From contig NIVC01000344.1 in assembly GCA_002269645.1 (NCBI GenBank), positions 186,001 to 250,000 of the forward strand: a DNA stretch of 64,000 nucleotides, in the 5' to 3' direction. Origin of the DNA: Macrostomum lignano (Eukaryota). How positions within the stretch are numbered: position 1 is the first letter of the stretch; each line of letters begins with the position of its first letter. A program made the position numbers and the translations under genes. Positions 51,037-62,734 of the stretch are shown piece by piece. Under the pieces are notes generated by a model. That model was not told where the DNA came from. It was given only the letters and a program-made list of their open reading frames with translations, and made no database searches.

Positions 51037-53418
51037 TCAAATTAGTTGCCGGCGACAGGGTCGGCAAAGCCGGTGCATCAGCTGGTTTAGCCGGGCTCGA
51101 TAGTCAGAGCTGAGGTAGGGATAGAGGAAGGCTGACAAGGCGGCGTGCGCGTACTGCAGAGTGGTCGCGTACTCAAGCATGTTGCTCAGCCAGCTGCCGT
51201 CAGCAGCGGGGCGGCCGTACTGACTTGGCTTGCTCCAGAAGAAGTTTTGCAACATAATTAGAAGCTCTTTGGGCAGCCAGCAAAGGAAGAAGCAAGCAAC
51301 CAGAATTATTATCGTCCGGAGAGCGCGCCTGTGGGTGCCGGCGTCCAACGATGGCGGCAGTTGCTGCTGCGTCATTAGCTGCTGCTGCTGCTGCTGCTGC
51401 TGCGTCATTAGCTGCTGCTGAGGACCACGAGAACTCGACCCGCAAAGGGCAGGGTTCCTAAATTAAGCAAGGAGATAAAAGGTTAATTAAGACAACTGCC
51501 TGATCGATGGGTTCCAACTCATTTATGTAGTACGATGGTAAATACTCCGTCTATACTTTGTCTGCCTGGGGACCTGCTCGGGTCACCAAGTGCTCTAGGA
51601 TAATTACTCAGACAACCAAACTTCATGAACGCGTGGGCTGCAACTAATTGCTCATGGGGAAGTGAACATGCGCTAAAGAGTACAATTAGTACTATGCACT
51701 TCTGTGCCAGCCAGTCACCTTGTAGACGAAGTTTGAAACTGTTTTTCCTGACTCGAAGCTGGCATGGCGGAGACGCAAATCTCGACCGCCTCGTCTTCTG
51801 GCAAGCCCAGCTCATACGTGACAGCAGCCGTGCGCTGACTTTCCAGACGGGCAAAATGGCGCAGGATGGCCCGCGCCACGATGCCATAGCTGAGGAAAAT
51901 GACGGCCAACGGGCAGATGGCCAGGGCAATGAGCAGCGCCAGTGAAACAATCTGTTTAGCGAATTGTTCTTCCGGCCAGGTCTCAGTGCAGTACTGATAG
52001 GGCGTGTCGAAGTACTTTTCAGTCTGGTTGAGCGACAAGTTCTCGACCCTGTGCAGCCGAATAATCCGCAGCGAGTTAATGAACAGGGCCGGAGCGGACA
52101 GCGCCAAGGCCAGAGTCCAGCAGAAGGCTACGCTGGCAGCGAGAGTGCTGCTGGCAAGGCGGCTGGCACCGGCCTGCACCGCGGCGCTCATCCGGGCTCG
52201 AATTATCGCCATGAAGACCAGCGACAGGGTATTCAGCAGTATGGCGAATGCTGCCAACGAATCAACAAAGGTTTTTCAGTTTTGATAAGACTTATCTACT
52301 CCAATGAAAAATCTGAAAAAGTAGCTAGTCAGGGACCACTAGAAGTTACCGTTGTATGCATATGAGCATTTAAAGTTTAGCTGTAATGCAAACAAGCGGG
52401 CCTTCAAACAATTTTGCAATATTTACGAGTGTTGCGTTCTGATACAACGGTAACTTCTAGTGGTCCTTGTATCTAGTACGAGGTTTTTAGAGCAAGATAT
52501 GAATAGCTATAGACTGCCAACTAATACTCTGCTTAAGTATCTTGGCCAGCCCCCCCCCACTAGACCACTAGACTAACTAATGCCGGGGGCGTGGGGGCGG
52601 CGAGCCCCCTCACTAGACCACTAGACTAACTAATGCCAAGGGCGTGGGGGGCTTTTTCATACATTATATACCACTAGACTAACTAATGCCAGGGGCGTGG
52701 GGGCGGCGAGCCCCCCACTAGACCACTAGACTAACTAATGCCGGGGGCGTGGGGGCGGCGAGCCCCCCACTAGACTAACTAATGCCAGGGGCGTGGGGGG
52801 GGCTTTTTAGCTCTTAATTCGGGTGAAACACAGGTCATAGCCATTAAACAATAATGGACAATATAAACTATCGTCCCACCTTTGAAGACGACAGCGTCTT
52901 CATTCACTAGTACGAGGTTTTAGAGCAAGATATGAATAGCTATAGACTACCAACTAATACACTGCTTAAGTATCTTGAGTTGATATCTTTGTAAGTAAGT
53001 AAGCATTTTTGGAGGCAGGTTTTATCGAAGAAAAATATATAAAAGTTAAATTTACTTTAACTAAATCACCAAAACTGAACAAGACTGATAGGGCAACTGG
53101 CTCACCGTGAATGAAAGCGGACGCTTTGCATCCAGCGTCACCAAGCGGATGCCCTTTGCTAATTATCATGGCAATCCGGTCAGGAATGCAGACCAGGCTC
53201 ACAAACAGGCTCGAGCAGCTCAGGTTGAGCATCAGGCACGAGACTCGGCGTCGCAGAGCCCGGTTGCACCCGACGATGCACAGAAATAGCCCATTACCGA
53301 GCAGCGAAACCATCAGGATCAACAGCTGGATTGTGACTACAACCCACTCGGTTGGCGAAACCTGCTGGAAGTACTGCCGCTCAGATTGCATGACTTCCTC
53401 AATCATTGAGTCGGGCAT
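51037..53418 (-). CDS. Rhodopsin-class (class A) neuropeptide-receptor-like GPCR, 3 coding exons, about 421 aa
   Basis: complement(join(51037..51457,51719..52250,53106..53418)), phases 1 and 2 consistent. TM1 LLGNG, TM2 LVCIP, C3.25 (GCKA), W4.50, ECL2 YCTETWP, TM5 P..Y and TM6 CWLP. A strong acceptor at 53423-53422 implies a further upstream exon. Confidence 0.85.
52330..52469. mobile_element. 140-bp P-element-like MITE in the GPCR intron
   Basis: TIRs CAGGGACCACTAGAAGTTACCGTTGTAT and ATACAACGGTAACTTCTAGTGGTCCTTG. Flanks TAGCTAGT and TATCTAGT (7/8). Confidence 0.7.
52473..52977. repeat. 72-bp direct repeats bracketing GC-hairpin tandem units
   Basis: CTAGTACGAGGTTTT...AAGTATCTTG at 52473-52544 and 52907-52977. 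About 5 CCACTAGACTAACTAATGCC.GGGGCGTGGGGG units lie between them. Confidence 0.75.
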
Positions 53419-54286
53419 GTTCTGGAGGGGAGAAACGTTGCATTCGATTGGCGTTAAAAAGCGAGCTTGATAAAGTGCTAGCAAGATTCAAATTTCAAAT
53501 GTAGGCCAGTTTTCACTGCAAATTATATTACCGAGATAAATTAATAGAGGTAGTCACTTCTTCCTCCAAGTTAGTTTCTACTTGATTTTTACTGTTAAAA
53601 AGTACTCCTAGTACGTATAATTTAGCTCTTGACCAAGACGGAAAACCTTAATTAGGGACAAGAGCGTCAAATTAACTGAATTTTATTGATGGTTGATGGT
53701 TTAGTTTAAAGTTTAAAATCGTCACTTTATATTTATGGAAGTCTGTATGCATGGTCGAGTTCTGAAATCAGTTTGGCGAGACAAGTTTTTTCAACTCGTA
53801 TTTCTTACTGATAAACTTTTGACACCAACTCGGACCAAACGTGCATTTGCCCTGTTCGGAAAATCTCGTAGGCTATATTTAAGTTGAGTTGAAGGAGGTT
53901 GCAGATTGAAGGATGACTTAGTTTTCAGGCAAAAAATGCTGATATTTGTTTACTCAGATAGAAGGGACAACTGTGAAAGGCTAAGAAGTTCTTTGAATAA
54001 GAGAGACAGCTCAGAAAAGGTGATCGATGGAAAACTACATGAATACTGTTGTGATTGACAATGCTTGCGCAATGAACTGACCACTAACAATTAACTATTG
54101 ACCTTATTGAATGCGTGGGCGTATATTGTACTCAGACTAGAATGAGTAGGTGATTGCGTATCGATTTGGCAATGCAACGTGCAAGTAGGAGTTTCACCTC
54201 TATAAATATATTGTGAGCGAGATGTGTATCTCTGAACTCAAAAGCTTCAATCAAAGAAACTCTCTGTGTTAATTAGAACACAACAA

Positions 54287-56605
54287 ATGGCAACGAGCGG
54301 ACTCCCGTACCCAGCGGAGTTTCAACCAGTACCAGGCGAACCTCCTGTGCCATGGGCAAGGTGGATCAAGTCATTTGAGAACTTCCTGGTAGCTGGAGCT
54401 CTTGAAGAGGCATCAGAGAGTCGGAAAAAGGCGATCCTCCTGCATCTGCTTGGTGAGGAAGGACGCCGCCGAGCTGCAAACGTCGATGCAAGCAAGTCGC
54501 TTCAGGAGACCAAAAAGGCACTGAAGGCGATTTTCAGCTCGTCGAGAAGCGTCATAGCAGAGCGCTTCGCCTTTCGGCAGCGAGCCCAGCACGACGGCGA
54601 GAGCATCGGAGACTACGTGATGGCCCTGAGAGAACTGGCAACAAACTGCAACTTTGGCACCTTTCACGACGAAATGATTCGAGACCAACTTGTGGAGAAA
54701 ACCTGCGTACCTCGCATTAGGGAAAGACTCCTGATGGAGGAGGACGATCTGACGCTAGATGACGCCGTCAAGAAGGCCGAGCGAATCGAAGCAGCCATCA
54801 GAGACGCCAAGCAGGTCAGCGGCCCAGAGCTCCACGTGAAGGCGCTGAGCAAGAAGCCGAAGCCAGCTGCTCGCCATGAGAAGACCGCAGCAGCAGGTCC
54901 AAAGTGCACTCGATGCGGAGGCAACCACGGACACAAGGGCGAATGCAAGGCGATGGGCCAGAAATGCAGACGATGCGGCAAGACGAACCATTTCGCGAAA
55001 ATGTGCCGCATGAAAGCGGTCTCTGCGATCGACACCAAAGAGCCTGCAGAGTCCAGCCTGACGGTCCTGGCCGTGAACAACAAGAGCACAGACAGCTTAT
55101 TCTGCGAATGCCGTCTGGACGGACAGCTGATTCGACTGCAAATCGACTGCGGTGCTGCCGTTTCGTTGCTCAACATGGAGACGTTCAAGAAGTCCTTCGC
55201 TAGGCACCCGCTGCTTCCGACGGGCACAAAACTGGAGGCATACGGCGGATCTGCGATCAAGACCATCGGCAAGGTCGAGCTTCCTGTGACGTTCAACGGC
55301 ATCAGGACAGAAGCCACATTCTACGTCGCCGACAAAGGAGCGAACATCCTGGGCCGCGACCTGTTTCAGGCCCTCCGATTCAAAATCTTCCAAGGTGACA
55401 ACAGAGTGATGAGCATCAGCGAGACTACGATCGAGCGCGACTTCCCCGGAATCTTCGACGGTCTGGGCCGGTCCAAGAGCTTCATTCACCGGACAAAGAT
55501 CGACGCCTCGGTCAAGCCAGTGTCTCAGCCAATGCGGAAGCTGCCGATCGGCCTGAAGGACGAAGTGACGTCAGAGATCAGCCGGATGGAGCAACAGGGC
55601 ATCATTGAGAAGGTCGACGCGTCCGAGTGGGTTAGCAACGTTGTCGTGACGCGCAAGAAGGAGTCCAACAAGGTTCGTCTCTGCGTGGATCTGCGGCAGG
55701 TCAACAAGGCGGTGATCGCGGACCGCTATCCGGTACCGTCAATCGAGGACCTATCGGCCAGCATCAACGGCTCGAAGTGCTTCAGCAAGCTGGACCTGCG
55801 TCAAGGCTACCAGCAGATTCCGTTGCATCCAGACTCTCGAGGACTGACGTGCTTCATCACCGATGCCGGCCTGTATCAGTTCACCGTGGTGCCATTCGGG
55901 CTATCCAGCTCCGGAGCTGCCTTCCAGCGAGCCCTGCAGACGGTGCTTCGAGGAGCTCCTGGCGCCATCAACATCGTGGACGACATCCTGGTGCACGGCA
56001 AGGACGAGACTGAGCACGACAAGAACCTCCGAGAAGTCCTAGGGCGGATTCATCGCGAAGGCTTCACACTCAATCGAGAGAAGTGCAAATTCCGGCAGGC
56101 GAGCGTGGATTTCTTCGGATTGGTCATCTCTGCAGACGGCCTCAAACCGACCAAGTCCAACGTCGACGCAATTCTAAGAATTCCTGAGCCATCAACGGTC
56201 GCGCAAATTCAATCGTTTCTCGGGGCAGTGAACTTTTTGCACAAGTTCATACCGCATTACTCAGCAATTGCCGAGCCTCTCAGACAACTGCTCAAAAAGG
56301 ACGCGGACTGGCACTGGGGTGAGCGAGAACGTACAGCCTTCCGTACACTCAAGTCAGCCGTAACCAGCAGCCCAGTGTTAGCTCATTTTGACTGCCAAGC
56401 TGAGACGTACGTCACCTGCGATGCAAGTCTAGACGGACTGGGGCAGTGCTCAGCCAAGTACAAAACGGAAAAGAGGTGCCAATCGCGTTCGCATCGAGAG
56501 CACTCAGCCCAGCGGAAAAGCGATACTCAGCCGGAGAGCGAGAAGCCCTGGCCTGTGTATGGAGCATCGAACGCTGGCACTACTATCTATACGGCAGACG
56601 AGTAA
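54287..56605 (+). CDS. Gag-protease-RT part of gag-pol (frameshifted in RNase H at about 56440-56443)
   Basis: Two Cys/His knuckles (CTRCGGNHGHKGEC and CRRCGKTNHFAKMC). Protease IDCGA. RT motifs RLCVDLR, PFGLSS and IVDDIL. RNase H start CDAS. Confidence 0.92.
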   Translation: MATSGLPYPAEFQPVPGEPPVPWARWIKSFENFLVAGALEEASESRKKAILLHLLGEEGRRRAANVDASKSLQETKKALKAIFSSSRSVIAERFAFRQRAQHDGESIGDYVMALRELATNCNFGTFHDEMIRDQLVEKTCVPRIRERLLMEEDDLTLDDAVKKAERIEAAIRDAKQVSGPELHVKALSKKPKPAARHEKTAAAGPKCTRCGGNHGHKGECKAMGQKCRRCGKTNHFAKMCRMKAVSAIDTKEPAESSLTVLAVNNKSTDSLFCECRLDGQLIRLQIDCGAAVSLLNMETFKKSFARHPLLPTGTKLEAYGGSAIKTIGKVELPVTFNGIRTEATFYVADKGANILGRDLFQALRFKIFQGDNRVMSISETTIERDFPGIFDGLGRSKSFIHRTKIDASVKPVSQPMRKLPIGLKDEVTSEISRMEQQGIIEKVDASEWVSNVVVTRKKESNKVRLCVDLRQVNKAVIADRYPVPSIEDLSASINGSKCFSKLDLRQGYQQIPLHPDSRGLTCFITDAGLYQFTVVPFGLSSSGAAFQRALQTVLRGAPGAINIVDDILVHGKDETEHDKNLREVLGRIHREGFTLNREKCKFRQASVDFFGLVISADGLKPTKSNVDAILRIPEPSTVAQIQSFLGAVNFLHKFIPHYSAIAEPLRQLLKKDADWHWGERERTAFRTLKSAVTSSPVLAHFDCQAETYVTCDASLDGLGQCSAKYKTEKRCQSRSHREHSAQRKSDTQPESEKPWPVYGASNAGTTIYTADE

Positions 56606-58191
56606 CGCTGCGCACCGACCACAAGGCCCTGACAACTCTGCTCGACTCGAAAGGCATGGGGCACAGGCCTCTTCGCATTCATCGATGGGTCGAGAGACTT
56701 CGCGGCTACGACGTCCGGTTTGAGCACATCCCTGGCGCTGACAACAAGTGCGCGGACATGCTGTCCAGATGGGCCACGACGGAGCGCGTTCCAGCCGAGG
56801 AGACCGATGAGGAGGGCTACGTCTACGCAGTCGTCGACTCGAAGACAACGCTGACGGCAGACGCACTGGCAACGGCGACCAAGGAGGACGAAGTGCTGCA
56901 GGCGGTTTTGCGGTACATCTCGGGCGGCTGGCCAACGAAGGTGGACAGCTCTCTAAAGCCGTACTTCAACGTCCGCGAAGAGCTGTTCTGCTGGAACAAC
57001 GGTCAGTGCCTCGGTCGTGGTGAACGCGCGATCATCCCGACGAGCCTGCGACTTCAAGTCATCGAGGAGGCCCACGAAGGGCATCCGGGCGTCGTTCGGT
57101 CAAAGCAGCGGTGCCGCGACACGGTCTGGTTTCCTGGAATTGACCGGCAGGTGGAGGACTATGTCAAGAACTGCACGGCCTGCACTCTGGCGGAGAAGTC
57201 CGGCAAGCCTCAACAGACGATCGTGACACCAATCGAGTGGCCAGATGGACCGTGGGACAAGGTTGAGATCGACATCTTCGGCGAGGTCGCCGCGGCTCCT
57301 CGACACCAGCGGTTTCTACTGGTAATCCACGACCTGTACAGCAAGTGGCCGGAGATTGCAGCCATGGAAACCGTCACCTCTGCCAACATCATCAAGACGC
57401 TTCGGAAGCTATTCGGCCGGTGGGGAGTCCCAAAGATGCTGATCAGCGACAACGGACCCCAGTTCGTCAGCGACGAGTTCGAAGAGTTCCTGCGAGCTGA
57501 GGGCATCAAGCACAGCCGAGTGAGCCGGTACTACCCGCAAGGCAACGGCGGAGTCGAGCGATTCAACCGGAGTCTGAAGGAGGGCCTGGCAGCGAACCTG
57601 AGGGCGGGAGCGAAGTTCGAGGACGCCATCGACCTGGTGCTCAAGACCTACAGGACCAGCCAGCACGCTCTCACCGGGCTGACTCCAGCCGAGCTGATGA
57701 TCGGGCGCAAGCTGCGGTCCGGACTGCAGCTGCTCAGGCCAACTCCAGTGCAACAGCGGGACGACAGCGATCTGCGCGACGCTATCACTGAGAGGCAAGC
57801 CAAGAACGCCGACTACACCAACAAGCGAAGGCGGGCTCGTGACTCTATGCTCCAGGCCGGAGACTGGGTCTGGCGACAGACGCCGCACCGAGCGCACAAG
57901 CTGGCGACCCGACTGAAGGAACCGCTAAAGATCGCCTCCCGAGCAGGGCGCAACACCTTCGTGCTGTCCGACGGTACAAAGTGGCAAGCGAGTCGGCTGG
58001 TTAAGTGCAACAGCCCACCGGCTGACAACGGCGCGGCCGACCAAGAGGACGACTGGTTCGATTTGCCGCTGCCGCCGGCTCCGCCCCCACGGACGGGCGA
58101 GCCGCCACCTCCACCTGAACTTCGAAGGTCAACTCGAGCTCGACGGCAACCGGCGCGTTATCCTCTTCCGGAAGGGGGGAGAATGTTGTGA
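56446..58191 (+). CDS. RNase H-integrase part of gag-pol (second frame)
   Basis: VLSQ..PIAFASR, EREALA, RTDHKAL. Integrase HHCC (HEGHPG..CTAC), D (IDIF), D (SDNG) and E (VERFN). The stop lies inside the 3' LTR. Confidence 0.92.
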   Translation: MLSQVQNGKEVPIAFASRALSPAEKRYSAGEREALACVWSIERWHYYLYGRRVTLRTDHKALTTLLDSKGMGHRPLRIHRWVERLRGYDVRFEHIPGADNKCADMLSRWATTERVPAEETDEEGYVYAVVDSKTTLTADALATATKEDEVLQAVLRYISGGWPTKVDSSLKPYFNVREELFCWNNGQCLGRGERAIIPTSLRLQVIEEAHEGHPGVVRSKQRCRDTVWFPGIDRQVEDYVKNCTACTLAEKSGKPQQTIVTPIEWPDGPWDKVEIDIFGEVAAAPRHQRFLLVIHDLYSKWPEIAAMETVTSANIIKTLRKLFGRWGVPKMLISDNGPQFVSDEFEEFLRAEGIKHSRVSRYYPQGNGGVERFNRSLKEGLAANLRAGAKFEDAIDLVLKTYRTSQHALTGLTPAELMIGRKLRSGLQLLRPTPVQQRDDSDLRDAITERQAKNADYTNKRRRARDSMLQAGDWVWRQTPHRAHKLATRLKEPLKIASRAGRNTFVLSDGTKWQASRLVKCNSPPADNGAADQEDDWFDLPLPPAPPPRTGEPPPPPELRRSTRARRQPARYPLPEGGRML

Positions 58192-60767
58192 TTGACAATG
58201 CTTGCGCAATGAACTGACCACTAACAATTAACTATTGACCTTATTGAATGCGTGGGCGTATATTGTACTCAGACTAGAATGAGTAGGTGATTGCGTATCG
58301 ATTTGGCAATGCAACGTGCAAGTAGGAGTTTCACCTCTATAAATATATTGTGAGCGAGATGTGTATCTCTGAACTCAAAAGCTTCAATCAAAGAAACTCT
58401 CTGTGTTAATTAGAACACAACAAATACCATTGAGTGTGGAACTACGCTGAGGATCTGAAAAAAAAAAATCAGCTAAGATTATTTGCTACATAATGAACAC
58501 CAGGATGATCGGATATCGGATAGCAAAGCTGAGTTCCAGGATTCCGAAACGGAAATCGGACATCACATTAAGAGGTTAGAGTCTCTCTGGACGAGATTCA
58601 GTCGCCGTCTCCCAACAGATTAAATAGAAATTTCCTTTTCAGCCGGTTTTTAATACCCTAAAAGGGATTTTATCCCCTTCGCGATTTCTTTCAATTCTAA
58701 ATATAATTCTAAAGTTTTTTCTTCAAGATACAACAGAACAGGGAAATGAAAGACAGGGTAATCTACCTATTAAAGGAAATATTGGTCATTTTCATACAAC
58801 AACAGCTTGGTTGAAGAAATATCTCACAGCCGTGAGGCGTAAACTACAAAGATGTGGGGCGTCAGCTAGAGAAGTGCATTATAAAGTTTACAAAAAATTG
58901 AATAATATATTAGACATACGTCATTATCGCCGGGACCTTTCTGAACATAGAGTGTGCTAGGACTTTAAGGAACAGAACCATCGTCGGTAATTTAATACCA
59001 CACGGCCATTGATAACATCATGCAATTGAGGTACAAAGCTAAAAAATGATCTCACAAGCCGTGTAATCACGCAAAAATTAGCTTCATGCCATCGTTGTGC
59101 CGTTAGGATTAATGTGCCTTATTCTCTCTTACCAAGAGTATACAGTGCCTTGTGATATCCATCAGTCGTCAAGAGTATTAAAGGCTTTCGGTCGAATTTA
59201 GGCCCGTGTGAACAAGCAATCGTACGTGTACCGCGGCGAAATCTGGTTTTGCATGAGGAATTTAGTGCAACTTACCACTCGTATATTGATACGACTTGAG
59301 TAGTAATCCATGTTCACCTTTGTACTCGTGTGTCTTTTATTTTAGTGTTTCCAACAAAACGGCTCGCATCTGCAGCAGTCTCGCATTAGACACAATTTAT
59401 TCGCAGGCAGACTGCAGACTAAGCACTCGTTGAGAGCTTAGCTTCCCAACCAATAGGGAGCGGCCTGTGAGCATATTCGAAACGACTCAGGCGGGGTAAG
59501 ACGGGCATGACGATTTCCCCACCACTCGAAAGCCGCTTTCCCACTACGATCTAGCGAGATCTCGGGAGAGAGAGTCGTTCAAAGTCTCGCACGTCACGCC
59601 CACATTACTGATACTGTGCTTTTCCAAGTGCGACCAAAAATGAGGAGTGCAGGAAAGTCTGGAGCAGATTGAAAGGCTCTGATAAAGACAGTTGTAGATT
59701 AGAAGCAAAATTATAGATGGTGAGACATCCGATACGAAGCTCTAGAGAAGTCAATTATCATGCTCAGATTAAAGGCTGTCTTCTGGGAGAAAGGTCTCTC
59801 TCTATAACTGCTATTCATCTGTTGCACTGCAAGTGAGAGCTGAGGTAGATGAATCTGGGCTCCAAATGAGCTCAGGCTAATTGCCTTTGCCCAAAGCTCA
59901 GCCTATGACACTGACATTCCCCTATTTGCTTTTCAGCCCTGTTGTCGGAGCGTCTGCGGGAAAGAGAATCAGAATACACAAAGGATGCACGCGAATGTCA
60001 AATGCTTCATATATTCTCCCCCTGTCTTCTCTGATTCAGCGTTATTTTTTCGTCTAATGACGCAGTAGTCGTCTAGTTGAAGCTTTCATATCTGATCAGA
60101 TGACATCAAAACGAAGCCCTCGACTAACGCAGGATGCATAGCAAACTAAGATGGCTTCTCGGCAGCCAAATTCGCTGATTGATTTCATTTATAAATTGGC
60201 CAACTAATTTATTACTCGTATTTCCATTTACGCTCTCTCGAATGTACTTATTACTGTTACTAGTAGTTATAAATGAATTAGCTATCACAGGTACTTGTCC
60301 AGTCCAGTGTACAAGTCCAATCCATTTCGTTTTAGTTCAGCGCAATTTTGCTCAAAAGAATAGAATAGTACAAATTTCAAAGCGAGTAGGCGCTCATATA
60401 CCTGCATACAGAGATTGAGGTTGAGCAATCATGTTAAAAGCTAGAGTTTCACTAGCTAGAGTTTTGCAGTTGTCGTCCCCCCTCTTAGAGGGAATTACCA
60501 TGTAACTCACTCAGTAATCCCCTTGTTAACTATATACATGTATTTTTGCGTCCTATTTAATCCCATAGCAAAATTAAAATTTTCTTAAAAACCTACGCTC
60601 GTATTTCTTCAGTTTTATAAATCACCTTATTCGAGTAAAATTGTCATCGACAAAGATGCTTGCTATTAATCTTTTTTTCGAAAAGTAACAGAAGGTCACA
60701 ACAAAATAAAGCCTACACAAAGAATACAGCAGGCATTTCTCATAAATTGCAAGAATTCCCCCCCCCG

Positions 60768-61455
60768 ATAGCAAGCACCCCCAGATAGCATCTCCTGGTA
60801 GAAAGCAGCCCCTCAAATAGCAAGCACCCCCCTCCAGATAGCTAGTATCCCGCTGGTTCCCCCCCCCCAAATAGCAAGCACCCCCTCCCCCAAACCCAGA
60901 TAGCAAGCATCTCTAGATAGCAAGAGACCCCCAAATTTCAAGCACCCACAAGAGAGCAAGCATCTCCCAGATGGCAAGCATCTCCCAGATGGCAAGCATT
61001 TCCCAGATGGCAAGCATCTCCCAGATAGCAAGCATCTTCCAGATGGCAAGCATCTCCCAGATGGCAAGCATCTCCCAGATAGCAAGCATCTCCCAGATGG
61101 CAAGCATCTCCCAGATGGCAAGCATCTCCCAGATGGCAAGCATCTCCCAGATGGCAAGCATCTCCCAGATGGCAAGCATCTCCCAGATGGCAAGCATCTC
61201 CCAGATGGCAAGCATCTCCCAGATGGCAAGCATCTCCCAGATGGCAAGCATCTCCCAGATGGCAAGCATCTCCCAGATGGCAAGCATCTCCCAGATAGCA
61301 AGCATCCCCGATAGCAAGCAACTCAAGATAACATATGCCAGATAGCAAGCATCCTCCAGATAGCAGGCATTCCCAAGATAGCAATCATTCCCAGATAGCA
61401 AGCATCCCCAGACAGCAAGCATCCCCGAGATAGCAAGCATCCCCCAGATAGCAAG
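60768..61455. repeat. 18-bp minisatellite with decayed flanks
   Basis: GCAAGCATCTCCCAGATG, core about 60955-61310. Confidence 0.95.
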
Positions 61456-61732
61456 TAACTAGTGCAATAATCATTTTCTCATCTAGTAGACAACAGAAAT
61501 GAATTTGGTTTTACTTTAACTGTGAGCAATTTGTGCCACAGCTGGAAGGCATGACTAAAGAAAAGAATGGCGCAGAGAGACGCAGAGAGGTGGTTTGGAG
61601 TTCAATGTTCGTGAAATACGAAAAATTGATAGCGAAAAAAACCGAATTGCTTGGTGATTTCAGTTCTTAGTCTATGGTGAATATGGACTGTGCTGGGCTC
61701 TTTGCAACAGACAAAAGTGCACACACTCTCAG

Positions 61733-62430
61733 CAAGGACGACCTAAGTAGAAGGACGGGAAACCTCGTTTCTTAGAAAAGTTTTGAAGGCACTTTTTCCC
61801 GAAAAAATACACTACGGAGATAGGAAGTTTTCATTTTTTCAGCACAAAAATTGTTATTGCGTTTGATAGGAGGCAGATCCAGTGTTCATATTTTGATATG
61901 TTGTGCCTTTTTTATTTCTCTATCGATATTTTTAAAGCTTTTCGTTCAGAAAACTAGGATTCTATGTTAATTTTTGATTCTACGTATATTTCCTGTATCT
62001 AAAAATCACAAAAATGCATGACACAGCTCCAATATTTGTTTTTATGAACCTATTTTATCATCTCTGTTACAAATATTTGCTACACAGTCGGGTAAGAATG
62101 ATAAAATAGACTCATAAAACCAAAGAGCCGAGCCGTGGCATTCTAATGTATTTCAAGCACAAGACACGCGAAAATATACGAAGAATAAAAAATTAACATA
62201 GAATCCTAATTTCCTGAACGAAAAGCTTTAAAAATATCGATAGAGCAATAAAAAAGGCACAACATATCAAAAGATGAACACTGGATCTGCCTCCTATCAA
62301 ACGCAATAACAATTTTTGTGCTGAAAAAATGAAAACTTCCTATCTCCGTAGTGTATTTTTTCGGGAAAAAGTGCCTTCAAAACTTTTCTAAGAAACGAGG
62401 TTTCCCGTCCTTCTACTTAAGTCGTCCTTG
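61733..62430. mobile_element. 698-bp P-element-like MITE with about 265-bp TIRs
   Basis: CAAGGACGACCTAAGTAGAAGGACGGGAAA ... TTTCCCGTCCTTCTACTTAAGTCGTCCTTG. Perfect 8-bp TSD ACTCTCAG at 61725-61732 and 62431-62438. Confidence 0.9.
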
Positions 62431-62734
62431 ACTCTCAGTTGAGTGGCAATTCGGCCCAACAGTTCGACCATAGACAAAATTGGTCAGCAATCCGCATGCT
62501 GTAACTAAAGCCCAGGGAGACAGGGAGTGTGGGCTCATCGCGACAAAGAACGTCATGATCTATACGCAGCACCAACTGTCAGGGGCTAACCGGCAATTTT
62601 TGTGGATGGTTGAAGGGAACCCTCAACTGCCGGCTACTCTTCTCCGCCTAAACATGGGTTGAGAGAAGCAGGTATTCTGAGTGCTCAAACATTTCGACGG
62701 GGGATCAGGGAAAATCTGTCATAGAATGTTGCTC

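Larger units (their letters stand above)
54047..58422 (+). mobile_element. Ty3/Gypsy LTR retrotransposon (Mag-like), 4376 bp, very recent
   Basis: Identical 239-bp TG...CA LTRs (54047-54285 and 58184-58422). 5-bp TSD AATAC at 54042-54046 and 58423-58427. PBS TGGCAACGAG at 54288. PPT GAAGGGGGGAGAA at 58171-58183. TATAAA in the LTR at 54201. Confidence 0.98.

Noticed and set aside
54413-58198. Many antisense and alternative-frame ORFs within the Gypsy element
   Set aside because: Shadow ORFs of GC-rich gag-pol; no env-like or extra gene is evident.
60813-61440. (MASISQ)n, (EMLAIW)n and (GRCLPS)n ORFs
   Set aside because: 18-bp repeat open in several frames.
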